This document shows, in pieces, positions 11,397 through 22,118 of a stretch of DNA of 64,000 nt; the first letter of the stretch is position 1, and each line of letters starts with the position of its first letter. This DNA is from Chrysomallon squamiferum (lineage: Eukaryota; Animalia; Mollusca): contig CM022672.1 of NCBI GenBank assembly GCA_012295275.1, positions 27,342,001 through 27,406,000 of the forward strand, in the 5' to 3' direction. The translations under genes and the position numbers were made by a program. Under the pieces are notes generated by a model. The model was not told the DNA's origin. It ran no database searches and saw only the letters and a program-made list of their open reading frames with translations.

Positions 11397-11961
11397 GTTT
11401 AACTTCTGGAAAGATTCTGGAAGACGATGTACTGTAAGGCGCGACCACTTCCTCTTGCCCAACCGGCTCGTAAACGTGCTCCTTTGTATCTCTGCATTGA
11501 ATGAAATACGTTAATAAATCATTATATATATATATATATATACTAGTTGAATGGAAAATCCAAATATATAAACGCGCTATAAAAAAAAAAAAAAAAAAAA
11601 AAAAATTTCAGGAAATGGTGCAACAGTGGAAATTACAAAATAATATCTCCCTTTAATTAGTACAATATTAATTATTAGGGTTGGAAAGATAACTCTTCCG
11701 ACCTTATGGACAAACAAGAGTTGTCTCCCTTGCTATTACGCTTTACATGCAATAATAAGAAATGTAAAAAGGAAACTCATTATGCAAATGATGGATATCA
11801 AGACGAGAAAGACATCACTTCATTCAAAAAGACGCTGATAGGACCTCCATTATCCTGATCTCTGACCTCTTCCTTGAAGCCTGGTAAGAGCATGCCCAGA
11901 TCACAAGGATGATCTCTTTGTAACAATAAGACGGTAATGAATCTTAAGACATTCACCAGGA

Positions 11962-12061
11962 TTACCTTTTCTTAAGATTACCTGAAGAACACCTGAAGAT
12001 CACATGAAGACCACCTGAAGACTAACTGAAGATGTTACTTTTTCTTAAGATCACCCGAAGG
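11962..12061 (+). repeat. Array of 11-bp tandem repeats (consensus about YCACCTGAAGA), iteron-like
   Basis: TTACCTGAAGA 11978, ACACCTGAAGA 11989, TCACATGAAGA 12000, CCACCTGAAGA 12011, CTAACTGAAGA 12022 and TCACCCGAAGG 12051; TTACYTTTTCTTAAGA occurs at 11962 and 12035. Confidence 0.85.
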
Positions 12062-12098
12062 TGATGTCCACGATGCCCCTGGCCAAAGTAAATACAGC

Positions 12099-12398
12099 AT
12101 GAACTCAAATGTCATTAAATTGGTGAAAGTGCAAAGCAAGTTCTATTCACGCATGCATTACAGAAATGAGGTGACAAAGTCCAAGAGGTTGGTAACATCC
12201 TTTAACTTCATTGATCTGCGCGTATTATGCATGGGATATCAAACACAATTTCTGGTAATGTTGTATAATATGTCAGAATGGGTGTGGCCTCCATTATTCA
12301 GCAGAGGCATGTCTCAGAGCAGATGGTACCCTCTTGAAGTAAGTCTGGGTTTTGTTCCTTTGCCAGGTAGATTTGCTGATGTTGGTGGACAGTGGTGA
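12099..12398 (+). CDS. Possible small ORF (99 aa) of the element
   Basis: Non-repetitive ORF inside the element, frame open from 12030; no recognisable motif. Confidence 0.25.
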   Translation: MNSNVIKLVKVQSKFYSRMHYRNEVTKSKRLVTSFNFIDLRVLCMGYQTQFLVMLYNMSEWVWPPLFSRGMSQSRWYPLEVSLGFVPLPGRFADVGGQW

Positions 12399-12432
12399 CA
12401 AATGGTTAACAGGGCGGGTCAGGTACTGGTGC

Positions 12433-12656
12433 CAGTTTGCTGTAGGTGGTGATGCAGTCTCACTAATGTAGAGTTATCACAGTTCAATCTATGGGCCACT
12501 TCCCATGCTAACAAGCCAACTTTAAGACGTCATGTGACTCATCCCTTATCAATGTCAGAAAGTCACAGCATCGTGAATGTTGTTGCATCAACCTAATATT
12601 GATCATATTGTTAATCTGATTTCACTGTTTCATAACCATAGAAAAGTAAGAAGCAT
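12433..12656 (+). repeat. Right direct repeat of the element (224 bp)
   Basis: Same sequence as 7809-8022 plus TATCACAGTT; preceded by a GGGCGGG GC-box near 12412. Confidence 0.95.
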
Positions 12657-14788
12657 GTGAATTTTGCAAGATCAAGAATTCTGATCCTGAACAAAATACT
12701 TCAGCATATGCACACAGTACAGTTTGATGTGACCTTCCTTCCACATTTCCCCAAAAATAAAAAACAAAGAAATGGTTTGCTGCATTTTCTATGGCTGTCA
12801 GCATTTATCTATAAAGAAATGATGACTATCTTTCAAGTATAAAATTCATGCAAAATGAATGTTGTATATCTCTAGATGATGTTATAAATACAATAGCCAT
12901 CTACCCTAAATAAATATATATATACATTTACATTTATTTATTGGTCAAAAATAATACTTGATTTTAATAATAATTTTATTTAATTATCTCCCTGATTACA
13001 AAATGTGTTTACAAAAGTATTTCTATTTCTAACAAATATCTGAAGACTATTTGGAAACAAGTCACAAACTTACATATCTCCAATTTACATTTTCCAATAA
13101 AAAATGTACATCAAAATAAAAATGTATAAAAAGGAGACATAAATGCTTTATTATGTCAATCTTCAAATTATGATAAAAGCAATAAAAATCGTTTGGATGA
13201 TGATTAAATGGAATAAGAATCTAATTTATATTTCAATGTAAAAATGAATCAGATACATTTCAAAATTTTATAAAAAAAAATTGTATTTCCTTCTCTTCAC
13301 TTGAAATACTTGTGACTCCTAATCAATAAGTTTCAAATAAAAAAAATTTAAACTAATAAAAAATTCTAAAAAATCAAAAAAAATCAAATAAGTTTACAGT
13401 TCAGATGAAACTATTTACCTAGTAATACATTTTATGAACTTGTAAAATCCATTACTGAATGAAAATGCTAAAAATTTAAATATTTTATATCTACAAAATT
13501 AATACATATCCATTTTCAATTTTTTAATTATAATTTTGGACTGACAGATGAAAAACAGGGGAAATGAAATCCAACTATGAGTTTTTCAAAAAGAACAAAA
13601 TTAAATTGTATTAGTGTCTACAAACTGTAAAACTGGAATTAATCCAAATCAGTAAAAAAAAACTCTTACAGAAAAAAAAATAATTAAAAATAATATATGA
13701 TTTATATACATACAATTATAATAAAAATGGAACACAGAATACAATTTAAAAACTACTGGTGGTTTTGTGACATGTCATCCAGTATATTTCAATTTATCCG
13801 TTTCAAAAATTTCCTTCCATATATAACTATTCATTGTGACAAAAATGAGAACAATATAAATTCTTTAAACTTTATTATAAACATTAAAATTAAATCCTCT
13901 AAAATTTGAAAAAGAAAACAATTCATGATTTATTGAAGTAAACCAATTTCATTTAAATTATTACTATAACCAACAATGCATAATTTTAATGAAAAATACT
14001 TTGAACAAAAAATAGTAATAAATAACTGTTCAATTGTTATTTTTTTCAGCTATAATAACAAAATATGGTAGCCATCTTGAATGACACAAATCACGAATGT
14101 AATATTTTTGATGATAATGAGACAGAAACATTATTAAAACCCTGATCATCTATTATAGTGGGAGTAACAACTGACAAACATGAAAACTATTAAATAAACA
14201 AGTGATGTGTTATACAAAAAGAACAGGTCAATCTGTCATCAATTTAATGTACTTGCATTTAAATATAAAACATAATATTTGTAATCTTTCATAGATTTAT
14301 ATATGATTTCTATATAATATATGTAATATTTCACTGAAATCATCTAAACTAATACATAAACAGAGATACTTTTTCATAGTTCTGAAAAAAAATCCATATA
14401 CCTATAATTGGGACAAACAGCCTCAATATATTTTGCATACAATAAAATAATTTTTCCATTTTTCATAACTAGAAATATGAATGTAAAGATATGAAGATTC
14501 TTTTTATGATGTTTTAAATTTTTAAATGTTTTTACCTACAAAAGCTTACGGAAAATGTCAGTTTCAGTGAAGTCTCATAAACACATTATTATTGTCAAAC
14601 TTTATCATCTGCAATGACTGATGTCAAATTAAAGTCTGTGAAGTTTTTAAAATGTATTAAGTCTGTTTACCAAAACTTCAAATACTCTTTACTATATATA
14701 TATATACCTATATATATATACACACACACACATCTGCTGTGTTCTTCACATACTTATTTTAATTAAAATCTTCAATTTTGTTCTTCTT

Positions 14789-14917
14789 TCACATTGCATA
14801 TTCACCTCTCAACCTCCTGGCTAACCAAATATCTTTGGGAAAAATTGTCACCCGTTTTGCATGGATAGCACAAATGTTGGCATCTTCAAATAAATGAATC
14901 AGATAAGCTTCAGCAGC
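14789..14917 (-). CDS. CENPA: CENP-A exon 4 ([42 protein letters not shown])
   Basis: ttttag| acceptor; H3 alpha-2/alpha-3 motif; stop TGA at 14791-14789. Spliced CDS is 447 nt, 148 aa. Confidence 0.93.
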   Translation of the reverse strand, partial: AAEAYLIHLFEDANICAIHAKRVTIFPKDIWLARRLRGEYAM

Positions 14918-15312
14918 CTAAAATTAAAAATTTTTAAAATGAGCATAGAAAATAAATAGATTAATCATTTATTATGGGGAAAAAGAATAAATAGATTATA
15001 TGAAATGATAAATAAATAAATACAGATGTATTCATGTATTCATGTATGCAGTTTAGGTATGTCACAAATCAACTTTATTATTATCTGATTACTTTTTTCT
15101 GCTCATTTTTAATAAATAATTTTTCAGCAAAATATAACCAAATATGCTGAAATAAAAATATTTAAAAATTTGTATTAAAAATTACAAAAACAAAAACACA
15201 GTATGAAAAATAAGAAACACACACACAATTTAATTTAAATAATTAAATAAATTAATTAATTAATAACAATAATAACAGGAAATATTTTCATATTGGAGAT
15301 TGTAAAACAAAC

Positions 15313-15390
15313 CTCTTGTATGGCCATTATTGCTCTTGCTTGCCACATCAAATCTGAATGTGGACAAACAGTCATACACACCTCTCTAAC
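15313..15390 (-). CDS. CENPA: CENP-A exon 3 (VREVCMTVCPHSDLMWQARAIMAIQE)
   Basis: ttttcag| acceptor, |GTTTGT donor; loop 1 is two residues longer than in H3, with W in place of H3 F84. Confidence 0.93.
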
Positions 15391-15756
15391 CTGAAAAATA
15401 TATATACTGAATTAAAAATGTAAACAAAAAACAAACAAAACAAACTTAACAAAATCCATAGTGGTGATACCCTGAAAATAATTAGCCATTCAGTTTAAAT
15501 ACTTTAATACGGAAAACACATATGCATGTATTTAGAAAAATGACTGATACATGGTTGAGGAAAGTGTTGTTGTTACTATTCTATAACCAAGTAAATAGTT
15601 TATGTAAACAATCAGTAGAATTAATTATTTATAACACCTGCAACTTTGTTATCCTGCAGAAAAAATATATATACACTGTGACTATATCCTTTAATAAACT
15701 AGCTGAGTGGCACTGTAAGAAAAAATCAGCCAAATGCAACACACTTAGTGACTTAC

Positions 15757-15902
15757 AACTCTGGCAAATGGTAATTTTCTAAGTAATAGATTGGTTGTTT
15801 TCTGAAACTTTCTTATTTCCATTAAAGCCCTGGTACCAGGTCGATATCGTCTTTGTCTCCGGGGTATTTCTACTGATAGAGGTCCCCTTCTTTTCTTCTG
15901 TC
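15757..15902 (-). CDS. CENPA: CENP-A exon 2 ([49 protein letters not shown])
   Basis: ttaag| acceptor, |GTAAGT donor; H3 alpha-N and alpha-1 motif RYRPGT.AL.EIRK.QK.T.LL.RKLPF. Confidence 0.93.
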
Positions 15903-16189
15903 CTTAAGTTATAATATCAAAGCAAAATTTACAATCATAACAACGGATTGAATAGATAAAAAACTAAAATTATAATCATAATTAAATTATTAATATAAGT
16001 ACAATAGTTCCATGCATTTAACTTGATTCGCAAAGATTATCAATTCAGAATTTATTATCTTTATCATTAATTTGATTAATTTTTATTTTTAATATTACGA
16101 ATATTAATTATGAATAAATACATCATTATGATGATCGGAATCATACTATTTCATTATTTTCATTATGAAAATAATAACTGAAAGAGTAC

Positions 16190-16283
16190 CAGCGCTGCTA
16201 GTTCCTGGAGTTGGTATCTTAGTTGGACTATGCTGTTTGCGGCGTTTGTTGGGACTGGCATTATTTTGATTTGCTCGAGGCAT
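16190..16283 (-). CDS. CENPA: CENP-A/cenH3 exon 1 (divergent N-terminal tail MPRANQNNASPNKRRKQHSPTKIPTPGTSSA)
   Basis: ATG at 16283; donor G|GTACTC, phase 1, in frame with exon 2. Confidence 0.78.
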
Positions 16284-16334
16284 CGTTTACAAAATAAATA
16301 AATTCGACTTTAAATATTGCAATAATTTTAAATA

Positions 16335-16510
16335 AAGCCGCCGGAAGACATCTTTTTTCTTTTTCTATTTCTGATGTGAATCCCTCCATTTATTAAAGCA
16401 CCAATGATATGGGAAATAACTCTATCCTGATAAGGCAAAGTAAGTGGTAATTTGTGAAGAAATATTTTTCAGATCTTATTCAAGTATAACGATTGTACCC
16501 GGAAGAGAGC
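16335..16510 (-). promoter_or_regulatory. CENP-A proximal promoter region
   Basis: Two ETS-type CCGGAAG motifs (16341, 16499) and CCAAT (16401) just upstream of the ATG; CpG-rich DNA begins around here. Confidence 0.4.
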
Positions 16511-17372
16511 CAGTTTACCTAGAAACTATAATAGCTGCATATGGCCTCTCAGTCAGTTGGTGCGCAATATTATAAATCTATTCTCCATTAACATTCACCA
16601 GAGTTTCTTAATGAAACCATTTTATGTATAAAAGTTTTTCTTTGAAATTGTCTACCTCAACTTATTTGCCTACCTATCTAACCTATCACCCACACACCCA
16701 CGCAAATACACACACACACACAAAACACATTTATATACACATATATGCATAGTTTCTCAAAAGTAACAGAAAATATATAAGCGCTACAATTGTATCAAAA
16801 GACTGAGTCCGCTATTTTTTATCATAACCTAGAAGCAAATAAAAGTTTTAAAATTGCTAATGCCCACATTCTAAACTTTATTTTATAACCATCCCATCTA
16901 TAGCCTATGTTACAATAATGCATTTTTTTCTAAACATTTCTTGCAAACGCTTTCAAATCGAATTAAATAAAGTCATTATTAATAACTGCCAATTTTTAAA
17001 GAAAAATCTATTTATTTTTTTCCCCGCCTTTAGCCTCCTCCCATTAAGGGTGTGACTTTGAAATGTCCGGTAATCAAACTGACTTCGACGCACACAAAAT
17101 GACACTGAAAAAATATTTTTTGTTTCAACGCGGTGACCTAAGTATATTTGCTTAGTTCTGTCCGAACTTGTAAATGTTTGGCTTTGTTTGCCGACTGTGT
17201 GTTACGTGAGGTAGTTTGTGTTTCTTTCTCACTCAGGTGATATGGTTACACTTAACTATCAACAAACCCAGTGTTTGCTCTGGCAATGGAATTAAATAAA
17301 TTTTAATATGTCATTCCGTCACATTCGAATATTTTTGTACGTACAGTTTGAGGTAATTTCTCATACTTTTAA

Positions 17373-17545
17373 GCGAGATGTGGACCAGTGGTTAAAGCCT
17401 TCGCCTGATACCCGACTCTTCGATAACCAGTATTAACCAGTTCCCGTCCAGTCATTATCATTAGTGTATTTACGTCTTTGGTATGTACTGTGCAGCTAAT
17501 AGGAACGTGTACATAAAAAAAACCTCCGCCCTTTTTGAAATATAG
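17373..17545 (+). mobile_element. Degraded tRNA-derived SINE fragment
   Basis: tRNA A-box-like head GCGAGATGTGGACCAGTGGTTAAAGCCTTCGCCTGAT followed by a GGTATGTACTGT...GTGTACATAAAA core; shares TTCGCCTGAT and the core with 27750-27910. Confidence 0.4.
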
Positions 17546-17690
17546 AAACACATTTCGATGAGTAAATGCAAAACTCAGTGTCTTTATTAGATAATAACTG
17601 ATGATTTTTGTATTAGAATATAAAAAGTTGCTGAACTTATATCAGTATATTTAATGAGGCAAATTGTCATATTCTAGTCGATGAGACAGA

Positions 17691-17818
<128 letters not shown>

Positions 17819-18705
17819 GTTAGTTTAAAAATAAATAAAATAAAAATACTGGGAAGCGATCCCACAACATGCCAGTCTTGAGACCGATGTTTTAACACTG
17901 AAGCTGGTAAACTGGTTGTCTCGCAACATTTGTTTCCTACATGTGTAGCGAGTGGCGGATTTGCCCGGCACCTGAGAAAACATTAAGATAACAAGTGTTT
18001 TACCGGGGTTGCAATACCCAGTGACCCTGTTCTACATCTCGGCATGCGAAACAGAAATCATAGGGGTGAAATAACTCTATCGGCAAACAGTTTTCACTTG
18101 TTCTACTAAATGGTTCCCGCATTTGGCTGAAAACTGTTGCCAGGAACTTTAAACTTTTTTTTTCTGCATCTTTTTTTTTTTTTTTTTTTTTCCAAGAAAG
18201 GAAAAAGAGAAGTTGTAATCTAATCCAGGAAAAGGATGATTAAAGAAACAAAGTGGTTCTTAACTTATGAAAGCATAATTTATGTTTTTAGAAAAGAAAA
18301 ATTAATAGAAAAGTTAAATAATAAGAAAATATGTAGTAATAGTAGTTGTTGTTGTAGTTCAGCTGCAGTAGTAGTAATAATAAGAATAGTTTAGTAGTAC
18401 TAGTAGTAGAGTTTAGTAGAAGTAGCAGTAATAGCAGCAGCAGTAATAGTTGTAGTTATCGTTATTTGATATTATAAAAAATAAACATTAAAAGAAGTTG
18501 TATTAGAAGACGACATCATAATATGAATTGTTAATGATGTGAAATACTGAATATATTTTATAACCATGCTATATCATTATTTAATTCTGAAACATCGATA
18601 TCGTTTAAACAACCATCTGATGATATTTATTTTATTTTTGCTTGATTCCTTATTTGTTTTCAGTTAATTATAACATTCAATTTGTTCTTTCTTCTTTTCC
18701 TTCAT

Positions 18706-18790
<85 letters not shown>

Positions 18791-19401
18791 GCAGTTTCAC
18801 TTTTTTTGTGTATCTTGTGATAACCAGGAAAGCACAAGCTCGATTTTATTAAATCCTTTGTAGAACACCTTTTGGAACGGGAAATACTCTAATGGTCACA
18901 TTGAAATGGAATGATCTCATATCCTATTTGTCCGTTCTAACCGTCGAGTGTGAATCTTTGGATTTAAAGCCGATAAGTAAAAAGGATATCAAGAGATAAT
19001 AATGTAACAAACTGAGGAAAACATCAAATTCTAATATAAATGTTAGGAAGTAAAAAACAATCCAAACAATATGACATCGTAACAAAAATATTTTATAAAC
19101 GGTTGAGAAAAAGTGTACGGATGCAAAAACCTTTCGTATTAAATATCAAGCATTTTATCTAGAACATTTGTCGCTGTTTAAATGTTTCATTTTTATTTTC
19201 CCTTTCTTTTAATTTTATTTATTTTTGTTTTTGCCCTTTTGGCCAACTTGGAGCCGTGTGGGGTCGTGAGATTGACTTGCACACTGCTGCGCGATGTCAC
19301 GTGGTCGAGATGCGGCGCGGTTTGTTGTGCACGTGACAAGTGGTTGTAAGGAATAAGTTACATATACAACCAATCTGAGATATGTCCCCCTTTAAAATAT
19401 T

Positions 19402-19495
<94 letters not shown>

Positions 19496-19942
19496 AACAA
19501 AAGGAATAAAAGATGAATAGTATAATAAAAAATGAAAAAGAAGAAGAAGAAAGAATAGCTGATTATAATTTGTTCAAACTACAGTGTAGGCCTACGTTCG
19601 TCCATTCTTTCATATTTATAACAACCGTTATACCATAAATAGGTCATAGATTTCAATAACAGAAAGCGATAGATGTTATACGAAAAAGAAAGAATGAAAT
19701 AAACGATAAAGAAATAAATAAAACTTTAAATAAATAAAAAATAAAAAAAACAGCAGAAAAAACTAGAAATAATGAATGAATGAAAATAAACGAATTTTAT
19801 TCCAAAAGATTTATTGGAATAAATATTATCGCATTCGAAACGAAAACAGTTTAAAATTAAATAAATGAACATTATTTTGTTGTTTATTTAAAGATCAAAA
19901 ACAAACAAAAATAATATTCCCATAACGAAATAATTAAACAAT

Positions 19943-20000
<58 letters not shown>

Positions 20001-20100
20001 TAACAATAACAATAACAACAACAACAACAACAACAACAATAATAATAAAATAACAATAATAATAATAATTATAATAATAATAATAACAATAACAATAATA
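19943..20100 (+). repeat. Compound (AAT)n/(AAC)n microsatellite; many similar AAT/ATT tracts from 21.9 to 63.5 kb
   Basis: Directly visible. Confidence 0.95.
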
Positions 20101-20412
20101 ATTAGAGATAAATAAATATTTAAAATAACTGGGATTGTTTAGAAGAAGAAGAAAAATATATATATTATTTATAATAAATAATTACGACCATATTCATGGT
20201 TTGGCAAGTCTGGGAAACAAGTCATAAAATTCAACCCTTGACCTCGTTTGAAAAGTCAGGGCTATGTGTGGGCTTCGTTTCTGTAATTTAATATGAAACT
20301 TAAATCGCATTCCTTGCTTATAAATTAAACTCTGGGACACACTCGTTTGGACGGTTTCTCACCATATTTATTTCTCAACTGCACAATACCAGTAATTGTT
20401 AACAACGATTCC

Positions 20413-20443
<31 letters not shown>

Positions 20444-20537
20444 AAAAGAAAAAAAAGAAATATATATGTAATATATAATTTTGTACCAGATTTCATTTAA
20501 AAATTCTGACAGTACGTGTTTGTAGCGCGATATGTTG

Positions 20538-20572
<35 letters not shown>

Positions 20573-21936
20573 CAAACAAACTATCTTAAATAAATAAATA
20601 AATAATGAAGAACAGAAAGTAAATCGTGAAATATTACCCATTATTGTACTAAAAAGGAAAAATAGAGTCCTCTCTCTTTTCAATGTTTTTCCAATTTTAA
20701 TTTGAGCGTGTTTGATAGAATAATTACAATATTTTTACTGTTTATTTTCCCCTTTTTATGCTTCCAGTAATCTATTGTATGTATATATATATCCAACGAC
20801 TTTTACATATTTTGCTGTACTTATTGTTAGCATACACTTGTTGCTGTAATAATAAAACATTGAATTTAGACTTCTTCTAGGGCAATAAATAAATCAAATC
20901 AAATCAAATAAAAATAAATAAATAAAAAACAGGAGTTTCGGTCAAATGTTTTATCTATAGTTTTAAATGACAATAACGTTTCTGTAAATTAGCCATTTGC
21001 TTTTCAGGGGCTTCAACATTTTCACTCTTTGGATCCAAATCATGTAATGGGGAAAATAACAGTAAAATTAATAAATTAAAAACAATGTTGATTAAAAAAT
21101 TAATTCTGTGTGTTCTTGGGACAAAGTCAGTGGTTTAACTGCCGATAGAAAAAAAAAAAAAAAAAAGGTTCGGAACGTAAATAGACATTTTAATGATGAA
21201 ATGAAATTTGTGGAATGGTCTTTACCAATTACATTTTTCTGTGCATAAGCGGAGAAAGAAAACAAAGCTAATAATTACATTAATTATTCATTTATAATTC
21301 CAATCACTTTAGAACATTTTCTACATCTGCTCAAGCCAATAAAAAAAATAATAATAAAAATAATTATTATAATAGTAGCAATACTAGTAGTAGTAGCAAA
21401 AATATTGACATATACTATATGGTATAGTCGTTTAACGTTTTTGAGGGGTTTGTTTATCTGAATATTTGGATGGGGCGAAGGCAGATTGGAATGGCATGAA
21501 AAATTAAATGTTAATAAATATGACTGGCTAAGAAGAATATGCAACAGAAGTTCTCCTTTTAATTTTGGAATTATTATGGAATTATCACGGAATATAATGC
21601 ATAGTTGCAATATTCAGGCTGTTAAAATTTCATCAATTCGTCGCCTATTTGTCTTTGAACCATTGCGTTTTCTTCACAGGGCGATGTCTACCACCAAGCA
21701 CGCATTATTTTATATTAAAAAAAAATAAATAAATAAAAATAAAAATTAAGAAAAAGATTATCTATGATGCTACGAATACATATCTAATATAATTCTTTAT
21801 ACGGTCATATTTATATTTTATTGTTTTGTATAAAACATTTACACGGAACCATTTTTCCTTTCACAACTGGAGTTATGATTTCATCAAGTATATTACGGAG
21901 TGATATTTTGAATATTATTTTTTTATTATTACTTTA

Positions 21937-21991
<55 letters not shown>

Positions 21992-22066
21992 TTTTATTTT
22001 TGTTTTTGACGCCTAAAAATAATTGTACAGTAATCCACCTTTATATGCTGACGTCAAATTTTAAAC

Positions 22067-22118
<52 letters not shown>

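Larger units (their letters stand above)
7809..12656. mobile_element. Integrated parvovirus-NS1-like replicon (endogenous viral element), ~1.05 copies of a 4624-bp unit bounded by direct repeats
   Basis: Direct repeats at both ends; compact ORF-dense interior with higher GC and CpG than the flanks; HUH and SF3 helicase motifs; no RT, integrase or transposase seen. Confidence 0.85.

Noticed and set aside
10383-11462. Calling the antisense ORF a densovirus capsid VP, and using the 11462 start
   Set aside because: No PLA2 motif, Gly-rich stretch or evident beta-jelly-roll character by eye; 11462 is a TTG. Left as unknown pending structure prediction.
11962-12061. CRISPR-like array
   Set aside because: Units are adjacent 11-mers without unique spacers, there are no cas genes, and the context is eukaryotic.
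12425-12436. ACTGG-TG-CCAGT mini-palindrome at the repeat boundary as a parvoviral telomere remnant
   Set aside because: A 5-bp stem is too short to distinguish from chance.
7809-12656. LTR retrotransposon interpretation of the direct repeats
   Set aside because: No TG...CA termini, PBS, PPT, TSD or gag/pol motifs; the repeat contains the start of the Rep coding sequence.
14789-16283. Canonical histone H3 or H3.3
   Set aside because: No ARTKQTAR tail, longer loop 1 and cenH3-type substitutions.
17373-17420. tRNA gene
   Set aside because: Only an A-box-like 5' half; no B-box/T-arm or cloverleaf, consistent with a SINE head.
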